Below, piece by piece: positions 17,962 through 27,706 of a stretch of 64,000 nucleotides of DNA (its first letter is position 1; each line of letters begins with the position of its first letter). This DNA comes from Akkermansiaceae bacterium (GTDB lineage Bacteria > Verrucomicrobiota > Verrucomicrobiia > Verrucomicrobiales > Akkermansiaceae). The translations under genes and the position numbers were made by a program. The notes under the pieces were generated by a model. It worked only from the letters and a program-made list of their open reading frames with translations, was not told the origin of the DNA and ran no database searches. The DNA is taken from contig JBPOGF010000002.1 of the NCBI GenBank assembly GCA_051251915.1, positions 96,001 through 160,000 of the forward strand, read 5' to 3'.

Positions 17962-20900
17962 ATGAATCCACTTAAAAAACATCCTTTCATCACTTGGTTT
18001 GCAACGAATCCCGTTGTTGCGAATATCCTGATGTTCACTATTTTGGCGGCAGGTATTTTCACTTCGCTTACCGTGCGGAAAGAAGGTTTTCCGGCTTTTG
18101 CAGCTGAGACAGTCACTATCACAGTGCCGATTCGGGGTGGGACTCCGGAGAATGTGGAGCGTGGAGTTGCTATTAAGATAGAAGAGTCTTTAGAGTCTGT
18201 AGATGGGATACTGCATATCCGATCAGTTAGTACCGATAACCAAGCGGTGGTAACTGTGGAGGCAAAGGAAAAGTATCCGATCACGAAGCTACTTGATGAT
18301 ATTAAAGTTCAAGTGGATGCTATTTCTTCACTTCCTGAGCAGGCAGAGAATCCGGTGATTGAGGAAAAGAAGCGGGAGAATACTGTTCTTTGGGTTGAGC
18401 TATATGGGGATGCTTCAGAGGCAACGCTGAAAGAAGCTGCACGTAGTGTTCGCGATGAGTTGCTACGTCAGGATGCGATTTCAAAAATAGAAACATACGG
18501 CGGGCGCGATTACGAAATTTCTATTGAGCCTTCTGAGGAGAAGCTTCGGTTCTATAGTCTAACTTTCAGCGAAGTGGCTGATGCTGTTTCTAACAACTCG
18601 GTGGATCTTGGTGGCGGTGTGGTGCGCTCTGAGCGTGGAGATATTTCACTTCGTTCCCGTGATCAGGCTTATGTTAAAGAGGACTTTGAGAACATTCCGG
18701 TAAGGACGAATGCTGATGGGACGCGGATTTTTGTTAAAGATGTAGCGGTAGTGAGAGATGCGTTTGTGGATCAGGAGACACTTAATAGGTTTCGCGATAA
18801 ACCTACGGTGAGTTTGAAGATCTTGACAGAGGGTAATGACGATATTCTTAAGGCGGTAAACCAAGCACAAGAGGTGGTGGATAATTTTAAGGATTTGCCG
18901 GAGGGTGTTAGTATTGCTGGTTGGTTAGATGGAGCTACGAATATCCGAGACAGGCTAAATCTGCTCGGGACCAATGGTGCTATTGGGGTGCTTCTTGTGT
19001 TGGGGATTCTGATGGTGTTTCTCAACCTGCGGCTCGCATTCTGGGTTGCTATTGGTATTCCTGTATCGCTTGCTGGGGCGGTGACGCTTTTCCCTATTCC
19101 GGGGATTGATATGTCAGTGAATGTGATCTCTGCATTTGGTTTCTTAGTGGTGCTGGGTATCGTGGTGGATGATGCGATTGTTATTGGTGAGTCTATTTAC
19201 TCGGAGAAGGAAAATGCTAAGCATCCGGATGATCCTGAGTCATCTATACGGACGACTGTTAGAGGTGTGAGTAAGGTGGTTACACCTGCAACCTTTGGTG
19301 TGATTACTACGATTGCGGCATTTCTTCCACTTACTCAGGTGAGTGGGCGTATGGGTAATGTTTTCGGGCAGATTGCTACGACGGTTGTCTTCTGTCTGGT
19401 TTTCTCATTGGTGGAATCTAAGCTTATTATGCCGTCTCATTTGGCTCATATTAATGTTCACAAGAAGCCTAGGAATTTCATCACTCGTGGCTGGGCAAGA
19501 TTCCAGAAGGCTGTATCGAATGGCTTAAATTGGTTTATTGATAGGGTTTATAAGCCGGTGATTCATTTTTCTGTGGCTTGGAGATACGTGGTATTTTCCG
19601 GGTTCATTGGGATTCTGATTATTGTGATTTCTCTATTCCCGGCTGGGCAACTTAGGTTTGTTTTCTTCCCGAACATTTATCGAGATAATGCTTCTGCGGT
19701 GTTGGAACTAGAGCAAGGGCAATCTGTAAAATACCTGCATGAGACAGTGACACGTATGGCGAAAGCTGCTGAGATGTTAGGTGAGAGGTATGAAGATAAA
19801 TATAATCACAACCCATTTAAAGAAATTCAGATCTCAGCATCATCGAATACTACAGCATCTATAGCGGTAGAGTTCACTCGATCCACTGAAAGAGAATTTC
19901 TTGATACTGAGCAGATCGTGAATGATTGGCGGAAGGCTATTGGTCCTGTGGCTGGATCGCGTTCATTAACACTCAGTGCTAGAGCAGGTCCTCCGGGAGG
20001 GGATCTGGCGATTAACTTGGAAAGTGAGAACCTGGATGAACTCAAGCTAGCCGCTCAAGAGCTAAAGGAGGTGATCTCTACCTACCCTGGAGTCTATGAC
20101 ATTTATGATACCTTTGATTCTGGAAAGCCTGAGATTCTCTATACGATCACACCTGAGGGACAGGCTGCTAATTTGAATAAACTTGATCTTGCGAACAATG
20201 TGCGTGATGCATTCTTCGGAAGAGAAGCGCAGCGTGTTCAGCGTGGGAGAGATGAGGTTAAGGTGATGGTTCGCTACCCTATTGAGGAGCGTGGTTCTAT
20301 TGATACGCTGAGAAATATGCGCATCCGAAAAGCTGATGGTGCTACTGTTCCGTTCTATACTGTTGCGGGCACTCAGTATTCTGAATCTCTGGCTTCGATA
20401 GAGCGTTATGACAATAAGCGAGTGGTTGCGGTGGAAGGTTACGTGGATAAATCATCTACGTCTTCTCAGGAAGTTCTCACTAAGCTAAAGGAGGAGTATT
20501 TCCCTGAGATGTTGGCGAAGTATCCTGCCATTTCTATTAGTCAGAGTGGTGAAGCTGAAGAGAGAGCTAAGTCTCAGGCGTCGCTCAAGACGGGCTTCTT
20601 GTTCTCGTTCATCTTCATCTATATCTTGATTGCGATTCCACTGAAGAGTTACATGAAGCCTCTGATCATCATGTCAGTGATTCCGTTTGGGATTATTGGT
20701 GCTCTTATGGGGCATTACTTGATGGGGATACCGGTTTCTTTGCTCTCGGTGTTTGGAATCCTAGCTCTCTCTGGGGTGGTGGTGAATGACTCATTGGTTC
20801 TAGTTTGCCGAGTGGACGATCTTAGAGGAGAAGGGATGAGTTTGCCGGATGCTTGTCGTCAGGCAGGAGCTGATCGATTCCGGGCTATTTTGCTGACCTC

Positions 20901-21099
20901 GCTGACTACGTTCTTCGGGCTTGCTCCGTTGTTGTTAGAGACGGAGGTTCAGGCTCAGTTCTTGAAGCCGATGGCGTCTTCACTGGCGTTTGGTATTCTG
21001 TTTGCTACGATTATTACGCTGATCCTGCTTCCGGCATTGATGCTGATTCCTAGTGATATTAAGAAGGGATTTGGTAAGTTGTGGAATGCCTACAGGTAA
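17962..21099 (+). CDS. RND efflux permease (AcrB/AcrD/AcrF family)
   Basis: NPVVANILM, GIVVDDAIVIGE, GVVVNDSLV, RFRAILLTSLTT; 1045 aa. Confidence 0.95.
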   Translation: MNPLKKHPFITWFATNPVVANILMFTILAAGIFTSLTVRKEGFPAFAAETVTITVPIRGGTPENVERGVAIKIEESLESVDGILHIRSVSTDNQAVVTVEAKEKYPITKLLDDIKVQVDAISSLPEQAENPVIEEKKRENTVLWVELYGDASEATLKEAARSVRDELLRQDAISKIETYGGRDYEISIEPSEEKLRFYSLTFSEVADAVSNNSVDLGGGVVRSERGDISLRSRDQAYVKEDFENIPVRTNADGTRIFVKDVAVVRDAFVDQETLNRFRDKPTVSLKILTEGNDDILKAVNQAQEVVDNFKDLPEGVSIAGWLDGATNIRDRLNLLGTNGAIGVLLVLGILMVFLNLRLAFWVAIGIPVSLAGAVTLFPIPGIDMSVNVISAFGFLVVLGIVVDDAIVIGESIYSEKENAKHPDDPESSIRTTVRGVSKVVTPATFGVITTIAAFLPLTQVSGRMGNVFGQIATTVVFCLVFSLVESKLIMPSHLAHINVHKKPRNFITRGWARFQKAVSNGLNWFIDRVYKPVIHFSVAWRYVVFSGFIGILIIVISLFPAGQLRFVFFPNIYRDNASAVLELEQGQSVKYLHETVTRMAKAAEMLGERYEDKYNHNPFKEIQISASSNTTASIAVEFTRSTEREFLDTEQIVNDWRKAIGPVAGSRSLTLSARAGPPGGDLAINLESENLDELKLAAQELKEVISTYPGVYDIYDTFDSGKPEILYTITPEGQAANLNKLDLANNVRDAFFGREAQRVQRGRDEVKVMVRYPIEERGSIDTLRNMRIRKADGATVPFYTVAGTQYSESLASIERYDNKRVVAVEGYVDKSSTSSQEVLTKLKEEYFPEMLAKYPAISISQSGEAEERAKSQASLKTGFLFSFIFIYILIAIPLKSYMKPLIIMSVIPFGIIGALMGHYLMGIPVSLLSVFGILALSGVVVNDSLVLVCRVDDLRGEGMSLPDACRQAGADRFRAILLTSLTTFFGLAPLLLETEVQAQFLKPMASSLAFGILFATIITLILLPALMLIPSDIKKGFGKLWNAYR

Positions 21100-21108
21100 G
21101 TTTTTGGG

Positions 21109-21137
21109 TCACTGTCAGCTCTAGAGGTTGGCAGTGA
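21109..21137. terminator. Hairpin between the convergent RND and acr3 genes
   Basis: tcactgtcagct...ggttggcagtga stem with G-U pairs. Confidence 0.5.
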
Positions 21138-21145
21138 TGATTGCT

Positions 21146-22198
21146 TTAAGTAGTGCTCCAGCTTAGGCGTTTTTTTAGGTAGAGCGAGAGGTGGACGAGT
21201 GCGATTAGGGCTGGGACTTCAATGAGTGGGCCGACTACTGCGGCGAAGGCTACACCGGAATCGATCCCGAAAATAGCGATGGCTACGGCGATGGCTAATT
21301 CGAAGTTATTTCCTGCTGAGGTGAATGCGATGCTGGCGGTTCTGGGGTAGTCTGTGCCGAGTTTGGCAGCCATGATGAAGCTAATGAAGAACATTAGCAC
21401 GAAGTAGATGAGGAGGGGGATGGCTATTCTGAAGACGTCCATGGGGAGGCTGACGATGGCATCTCCTTTGTAGGTGAACATGAGGATGATGGTGCCGAGG
21501 AGGGCGACGAGTGTGAGAGGGGATAGGCGTGGGATGAAGACGTCGTTGTACCATTCTTCGCTTTTTAGTTTCACGAGGAAGACTCTGGTTAGGAAGCCTG
21601 CTAGAAATGGGATGCCTAGGTAGATGAGGACGCTGTGGAAGATGTCTGCCATGGGGATGGTGACCGCGATGCCTTCTAGTCCGACGTATGTGGGTAGGAT
21701 GGTGATGAAAAGCCAGGCATAGGCGCTGTAGAAGAAGATCTGGGCGATGCTGTTGAAGGCTACGAGGGCAGCGGCGTATTCTCGGCTGCCTTTAGCGAGG
21801 TCATTCCAGACTAGGACCATGGCGATGCAGCGGGCGAGGCCGACTAGGATGAGTCCGACCATGTATTCTGGTTGGTCACGTAGTAAGGTGACGGCGAGTA
21901 TCCACATGAGGATGGGGCCGATGACCCAGTTCTGAAATAATGAGAGGCCGAGTAGGCGGATGTTAGAGAAGACTTGGGGGAGCTTGGAGTAGTGGACTTT
22001 TGCGAGTGGGGGATACATCATGAGGATGAGGCCGATCGCTAGCGGGATGTTGGTGGTGCCCACGGTCATGGGGGCGAAGAATGCTTTGGGGTCGGTGATG
22101 ATGAAATTTCCTATGGCGACTCCGAGTGCCATGGCGCAGAAGATCCATAGCGTTAGGAAGCGGTCTAGGCAGGACATGTGTTTGGTGACTGAGTTCAT
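21146..22198 (-). CDS. acr3: Arsenite efflux transporter Acr3
   Basis: [50 protein letters not shown]. Confidence 0.95.
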   Translation of the reverse strand: MNSVTKHMSCLDRFLTLWIFCAMALGVAIGNFIITDPKAFFAPMTVGTTNIPLAIGLILMMYPPLAKVHYSKLPQVFSNIRLLGLSLFQNWVIGPILMWILAVTLLRDQPEYMVGLILVGLARCIAMVLVWNDLAKGSREYAAALVAFNSIAQIFFYSAYAWLFITILPTYVGLEGIAVTIPMADIFHSVLIYLGIPFLAGFLTRVFLVKLKSEEWYNDVFIPRLSPLTLVALLGTIILMFTYKGDAIVSLPMDVFRIAIPLLIYFVLMFFISFIMAAKLGTDYPRTASIAFTSAGNNFELAIAVAIAIFGIDSGVAFAAVVGPLIEVPALIALVHLSLYLKKRLSWSTT

Positions 22199-22223
22199 GA
22201 TGTTCTTTGGGGGCGTTTACTGG

Positions 22224-22718
22224 TTAGCGTTTAAATTTTTGGCACAGACGGATGGCGCAGTTGATTTGCTCTTTTGACTCTAAGCAGCACTGACGTTTGG
22301 AGCGGATCCAGTCGACTGGGTTTGCGCCTTTTGGGATGTGGCCTTGTTTGGCGCACCAGGCAACGATGAATTGGCCGGTTCTTCCGCAACCGGCTACGCA
22401 GTGGATGACTACGGGTTCGCCAGCTTTGTGGTGTTCTTCCATGAGCTTTAGGAACTGGTCGATTTGCTTGTCTGAGGGAACTCCGTAGTCTGGGACGTTG
22501 ATGTGGTAGTAAGAGAACTCGTCTGGGACGTCTTTGCGGTTGTCGAATTCACAGCAGTTGACGACGGCTTTGATGCCATTTTCTTTGTAGAGGTCGAAAA
22601 CGTATGGGTCTGGCCACCATGAGGCGGCGATTTCGTCTTTGATGATCCAGGTGAATGGTTCTGTGCGTTCTGGCTGGCCTTTGGCTGGCCAATACCAAGG
22701 TCTGATAGGTTTGGACAT
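22224..22718 (-). CDS. Dual-specificity/tyrosine phosphatase family protein (CX5R)
   Basis: VPDYGVP general-acid loop and IHCVAGCGRTG P-loop. Confidence 0.88.
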   Translation of the reverse strand: MSKPIRPWYWPAKGQPERTEPFTWIIKDEIAASWWPDPYVFDLYKENGIKAVVNCCEFDNRKDVPDEFSYYHINVPDYGVPSDKQIDQFLKLMEEHHKAGEPVVIHCVAGCGRTGQFIVAWCAKQGHIPKGANPVDWIRSKRQCCLESKEQINCAIRLCQKFKR

Positions 22719-22754
22719 GGTCTGGATGTTAATGACTGGCTATGGAAAGTCAAT

Positions 22755-23573
22755 TTGCTTCATGGGTTGAAAAAATATAATTACATCAGTTTGTTGTCAT
22801 TAACAATAGTTGTGCTATTGTTCCTCATGAGAAACCAACCAGAAGATAGAAATGAGATGGAGCGCCCTTGTAAAAAGGCAGCTAAAAAAGGTGCTAAGAA
22901 ATGTGCCAAAAAGGCGGCTTTTAAAATGGCGGTGGAGCAGGCGCGTAGTTCTAAGGAATCTGTGCGGCGCCGATTAGCGAAGGTGAAGGAGAGGGATCCT
23001 GTTCTTCCGCTTCCTAAATTTGTGAAAAGGGTGAACAAGATAGCTGAGCGTTATTTGCCGCCGGGTAGACCTTTAGATGGTAGGGTGACCTCGGAGTTTA
23101 ATGAGCGCACGGTAAGGCACTATCAAGGGAGAGATATTATTGATGCACCTGAGAAGGAGGGGAGGGAGGCGCGTTATTGTTACCGACATGTGATGCAAGC
23201 GGTGTTGACTAGAGTGTTGCTCGCTGATGGGTTTCGGGTTCCGATGATCCGTGAGATGCTAGCGGGTAAGACTGATGAGGATTATGAATCGCTGTTGGAA
23301 ATGGGGCCGATGCAGGCTAGGAAGTTAGCGCGAGGAATGCGTGGCGAAGGTAGGCGAGGTGACTGTGGATCTGTAGGATCTAGAGAGGGTAGGCAGGTGT
23401 TTGTGAGATTAGAGATAGAACCTGGTATTGAAGTTCATATTGCTCGTGGTGTTGCGGAGCCAGGGTCTAGGGAGGACGGTAGGGAACTTAGTGAGAGAAT
23501 AGCTGTGGCGGTAAGAGATGAGTTTCGGCATCGTCGTAGGCGTAGGCGCGGTCGTAGGTCAGAGGAGCATTAA
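22755..23573 (+). CDS. MerR-like HTH regulator (likely start 22827)
   Basis: NERTVRHYQGRDIIDAP..EGREARYCYRH...LLADGFRVPMIREML. Confidence 0.75.
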   Translation: MLHGLKKYNYISLLSLTIVVLLFLMRNQPEDRNEMERPCKKAAKKGAKKCAKKAAFKMAVEQARSSKESVRRRLAKVKERDPVLPLPKFVKRVNKIAERYLPPGRPLDGRVTSEFNERTVRHYQGRDIIDAPEKEGREARYCYRHVMQAVLTRVLLADGFRVPMIREMLAGKTDEDYESLLEMGPMQARKLARGMRGEGRRGDCGSVGSREGRQVFVRLEIEPGIEVHIARGVAEPGSREDGRELSERIAVAVRDEFRHRRRRRRGRRSEEH

Positions 23574-23650
23574 AATGTATATTATATGGCTATGTCTGGC
23601 TAAGGATATATAAGCTGGACATAGCCTATTTACGGTTTGCTGAAGCAACG

Positions 23651-24388
23651 TTATCTCAATACACGGTGGAAGAGGTCTAGGGTGAGTTGGTAGCAGGTGG
23701 TGGCTATTTCTGGGTCGTAGCGGTCTCCTTCGTCGCGGATGAAGGCGTGTTGGGCGTTGAATTCGTGCCAGGAGAAGTTGACATCGGCCTCGGTAAGTTT
23801 GTCGTAGAGGAGTTTGCGGCCTTCTAGTGGGACGTGGGGGTCTTGTTTGCCCCAGATCATGAGCATTTCTCCTTCTAGTTCTGTTAGGCGGTCGATGGTT
23901 TGTAAGCCATCGCCGGCGGGCATGGTGGAGGAGTGGATGTCTGTGGCGTAGAGGCAGCTGGAGGCTTGGACGCGGAGGTGTAGGCCGGCGCGGAAGGCTA
24001 GGTGGCCACCTAGGCAGACGCCGAATGAACCGATGGAGCCGTTGCAAAATTCTTGGGAATCTACCCACTCAACCATGCTTTGGGTGTCGGAGTCGTGGGC
24101 TGTTAGGGACTTGGTGAATTTGTCGTCGTTGCCTTTGTCTTTGCCTTCGTCATCGTAGGCGAGGACGGTTCCGATTTCATTGAGCTCGTGGAAGACTTCT
24201 GGGACGATGACTACGTAGCCGTGTCCTGCGACGTAGGCTGCGGTGCGGGCGATGGGGGAGGTGATTTGGAAAATTTCTGAGTAGAAGATGACGCTGGGGA
24301 ATGCGCCGGCATTGGTGGGGCGGAAGATGCGGCAGCGCATGGTTCCTGTTGCGGTTTCTAGATCGATAGTCTCTTGCTGGATGGTCAT
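23651..24388 (-). CDS. Dienelactone hydrolase family protein
   Basis: SEIFQ, GVCLGG nucleophile, D(PHVP), H(AF) triad. Confidence 0.92.
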   Translation of the reverse strand: MTIQQETIDLETATGTMRCRIFRPTNAGAFPSVIFYSEIFQITSPIARTAAYVAGHGYVVIVPEVFHELNEIGTVLAYDDEGKDKGNDDKFTKSLTAHDSDTQSMVEWVDSQEFCNGSIGSFGVCLGGHLAFRAGLHLRVQASSCLYATDIHSSTMPAGDGLQTIDRLTELEGEMLMIWGKQDPHVPLEGRKLLYDKLTEADVNFSWHEFNAQHAFIRDEGDRYDPEIATTCYQLTLDLFHRVLR

Positions 24389-24510
24389 GGGGTTATGCTA
24401 AGTGATGGGAGGATCTCTACAATACAGAATCCTGCATTGATTCGTCTTTTTTAAATGATGGTTAGAACTGCAAACCGTGTTTGACTTGTTGTCTGACTTA
24501 CACATAAGGA

Positions 24511-24915
24511 GTGAGCACTATGGCTAAACCGAAAAAATACACCTCGATAGAATTTAATATTCATGAAGCTTTAGGCTGGGATAAGGATAAGATTATTTTG
24601 GCTCTGGATGTGATCCGTAAGAAATTCTGTGAAACGCAGGATCTTTCACGACATGGACTGAGTGCGCATATCATGCCGCGTGAGCATCCAGCGAAGGTGG
24701 GTGAACTTTATCCTGTGATGGGGTTGGTTATTCCTACTTCGAAGCATTTTGGGCATTTTGATACGAATTCTATTATCACGATGTTTGATGCATGGATGCG
24801 TGATCATGAGGTGGAGGAGCTGCTGGATGAAACTAATGGGATAGGAGTTCCTTCCTGGGAGCGATTGCTAGAGCAGGAGACATTTCCGGTGGATCCTAGG
24901 ACTTTGTATTTGTAG
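24511..24915 (+). CDS. Hypothetical protein
   Basis: 134 aa ORF preceded by AAGGAG. Confidence 0.6.
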   Translation: MSTMAKPKKYTSIEFNIHEALGWDKDKIILALDVIRKKFCETQDLSRHGLSAHIMPREHPAKVGELYPVMGLVIPTSKHFGHFDTNSIITMFDAWMRDHEVEELLDETNGIGVPSWERLLEQETFPVDPRTLYL

Positions 24916-24975
24916 GAGGCGTATTGCTAGTGGCTTACGTTTGACAAAATTGCAGTATTTGATTAAATTAATAGT

Positions 24976-25215
24976 ATGAGTAAAGGAGTAGCACATAGTG
25001 ATGAGGGAGATATGGTGAATAGCCGTATTGAGAGGCTTGCCCGTGAAGCTTTTGGACAGGCGTATCAGGAGGCATTGGCTTCAGAAGGTGGAGTTATTGC
25101 AGTAGAGGAAGGGGTGCTCTATCAAGTGTTTCAGGATGGTAGGAAAGTGAAGATTAAGGACATTCCTCCTAAAATTAAGCTGAAACCAAATGTAGCCTAC
25201 ACTCTGAAAGCTTAA
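24976..25215 (+). CDS. Small protein, putative partner/antitoxin of the zeta-like ATPase
   Basis: 79 aa, 5 bp upstream of the P-loop gene. Confidence 0.6.
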   Translation: MSKGVAHSDEGDMVNSRIERLAREAFGQAYQEALASEGGVIAVEEGVLYQVFQDGRKVKIKDIPPKIKLKPNVAYTLKA

Positions 25216-25220
25216 GATTA

Positions 25221-25946
25221 GTGTCACGTGTTCCCAGAGTTAGGATGTTTGCAGGACCTAACGGTTCTGGAAAAAGTCGTTTGAACAATTACGTGAATAA
25301 AAAGTGGCTTGGAATTTATGTGAATGCTGATGAAATTGAAAAGCAGCTACCTTCAGAAGGGGTAAGTTTAAGCACTTTTAAAGTAGAACTGGATGATGAT
25401 GCCTTCATTGAAGATTTTAATAATGAATGCAGACACCGGAAGCTAGAGCTGCCAGCAATAGAATGTAAAAACGGAATAGTTAAGGTAGATAAGAAAGAGG
25501 TTAATTCATATTATGCTTCTATGATTGCTGAATTGATACGCGGTTATTTATTGATTCACAAGATTTCCTTCACGTTTGAAACGGTGATGTCACATGAGAG
25601 TAAAGTAGCTTTCCTGATTCTGGCGAAAGAGGAAGGATTCAAAACTTACCTCTATTTTATAGCTACTGAAGACCCTAGGATAAATATTTCTCGAGTGGCT
25701 AAGCGTGTGATGAAAGGAGGTCATGATGTTCCGGTTGATAAGATTGAAAGTCGGTATCATCGGGCTATTGAGCTTTTGCCTCTGGCTTTAAAAACTGTTG
25801 ATCGTGGTTATGTATTTGATAATTCGGGGACTGAGGTAGAGTGGATAGCTGAGACTTCCAATTCGGAGAGTAATGATGTGACTAGCTTGGAACTTAAGAC
25901 AGTTGAGCTACCTCATTGGATGAGAAAGGTCGTTGAGGTTAGGTAA
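25221..25946 (+). CDS. Zeta-toxin-like P-loop NTPase
   Basis: MFAGPNGSGKS, VNADEI, FTFETV, RVAKRVMKGGHDVP, FDNS. Confidence 0.85.
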   Translation: MSRVPRVRMFAGPNGSGKSRLNNYVNKKWLGIYVNADEIEKQLPSEGVSLSTFKVELDDDAFIEDFNNECRHRKLELPAIECKNGIVKVDKKEVNSYYASMIAELIRGYLLIHKISFTFETVMSHESKVAFLILAKEEGFKTYLYFIATEDPRINISRVAKRVMKGGHDVPVDKIESRYHRAIELLPLALKTVDRGYVFDNSGTEVEWIAETSNSESNDVTSLELKTVELPHWMRKVVEVR

Positions 25947-26004
25947 TTTTTTCTAGAGAGGAAGGGTTGCAAATTGTTGTGCTTCAAGTTAAGAGATTGC
26001 TACT

Positions 26005-27642
26005 TTGACTACTCCAGATTCCATAAAGAAAGTTCCTGCTGCTGCTGAGCGTGAGATATCACGCAGGCGGACTTTTGCGATTATTTCTCACCCGGATGCG
26101 GGAAAGACGACTCTTACTGAAAAATTACTTCTCTATGGGGGAGCGATTGGCTTGGCGGGGAGTGTGACGTCTAAGAAGGAGCAGCAGTCTACTTCTAGTG
26201 ACTGGATGGCGATGGAGAAGGAACGTGGGATTTCTGTTTCTTCTACTGTGTTGCAATTTGAGTATAATGATTATTGTGTGAATCTGCTGGATACTCCTGG
26301 TCACCATGATTTCTCTGAAGATACTTATAGGGTGCTTTCTGCGGTGGATGCTGCTGTGATGGTGATTGATGCGGGTAAGGGGATAGAGGCTCAGACGTTG
26401 AAGTTGTTTGAGGTTTGTCGTCGCCGAGGGGTGCCGATTTTTGTGTTTATTAATAAGTTGGATAGACCGTCTCGGCCGCCGCTTGAGTTGCTAGATGAGT
26501 TGGAGGATGTGCTTAAGTTGGCACCTGCGCCGGTGAACTGGCCGTTGGGTGATGGTCCTCGTTTCCGTGGGGTTTATGATCGGAATAAGGATGAGGTTCA
26601 TCTGTTTGAGAAGACTGCGCATGGGGCGTTTAAGGCGCCGTTGGATGTGGCGGGTATAGCGGATGAGAAGGTGCGTGATGCGCTGGGGGATGAGCTTCAT
26701 GAGCAGGTGAGTCAGGAGATTGAGATGATAGATGGTTTGACTGAGCCTTTGGATATGGAGCGTGTTATTGCTGGTGAGCAGATGCCGATCTATTTTGGTA
26801 GTGCGATGAATAACTTTGGTGTGCAGAATATGTTGGAGAGCTTTTTGGAGTTAGCTCCGGAACCTGTAGGGCGAGTGAGTAATGAAGCGATGGTGGCACC
26901 TGCTACGGCTAATTTCTCAGGATTCGTGTTTAAGATTCAGGCGAATATGGACCCGCGTCACCGTGATAGGGCGGTGTTTATCCGGATTGTTTCTGGAGTG
27001 TTTGAGCGTGATATGCAGGTGATGGATCAGCGTAGTGGCAAGAAGGTGAGGTTGGCGAATGCGCAGAAGTTGTTTGGTAAGGATAGGGAGACGCTGGATA
27101 CTGCATATGCGGGGGATGTTTTGGCTCTGATTGGTAATTATAATTTCCTGATTGGTGATACGCTTACGAGCGATCCTAAGGTGGTGTATAATGAGATGCC
27201 GCGATTTACTCCGGAGTGTTTTGCGTATATTTTGAATAATGATACGGCTAACATTAAGCGTTATAGGGCGGGGATGGAGCAGTTGATGAAGGAGGGTGTG
27301 GCACAGGCTTATCAGGTGCATGGGAGTGCGCAGGCGGTGCCGATGTTAGGTGCGGTTGGGCCGTTGCAGTTTGAGGTTTTGCAGGCACGTTTGGCTTCTG
27401 AGTATAATGTGGAGACACGTGTTGAGAGTCCGCCGTGGTCCGTGGTGCAGTGGTTTGAGGAGGTAGAGCGAGATACGATGAGGAAGGATGGAGATCCGCC
27501 GAAGGTGCAGTTGCCTACGGGTAGTGCTGTGGCTAGGGATCAGGATGGGAACTGGGTAGTATTGCTGAACTCAAAGTATATGATTAGTATTTTGCATGAT
27601 CGGAACGAGCATTTGAAGTTTAGGGATCATGCGAATGATTAA
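26005..27642 (+). CDS. prfC: Peptide chain release factor 3
   Basis: RRRTFAIISHPDAGKTTLTEKLL, SDWM..E.ERGIS, DTPGH.DFSEDTYR, FKIQANMDPRHRDR, GAVGPLQFEV. Confidence 0.98.
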   Translation: MTTPDSIKKVPAAAEREISRRRTFAIISHPDAGKTTLTEKLLLYGGAIGLAGSVTSKKEQQSTSSDWMAMEKERGISVSSTVLQFEYNDYCVNLLDTPGHHDFSEDTYRVLSAVDAAVMVIDAGKGIEAQTLKLFEVCRRRGVPIFVFINKLDRPSRPPLELLDELEDVLKLAPAPVNWPLGDGPRFRGVYDRNKDEVHLFEKTAHGAFKAPLDVAGIADEKVRDALGDELHEQVSQEIEMIDGLTEPLDMERVIAGEQMPIYFGSAMNNFGVQNMLESFLELAPEPVGRVSNEAMVAPATANFSGFVFKIQANMDPRHRDRAVFIRIVSGVFERDMQVMDQRSGKKVRLANAQKLFGKDRETLDTAYAGDVLALIGNYNFLIGDTLTSDPKVVYNEMPRFTPECFAYILNNDTANIKRYRAGMEQLMKEGVAQAYQVHGSAQAVPMLGAVGPLQFEVLQARLASEYNVETRVESPPWSVVQWFEEVERDTMRKDGDPPKVQLPTGSAVARDQDGNWVVLLNSKYMISILHDRNEHLKFRDHAND

Positions 27643-27706
27643 GGCTATTTGATCTATTTAGCATTTTATACTCGCTCCATTTTCCTGGGAATTTATCCTA
27701 TGGGTA

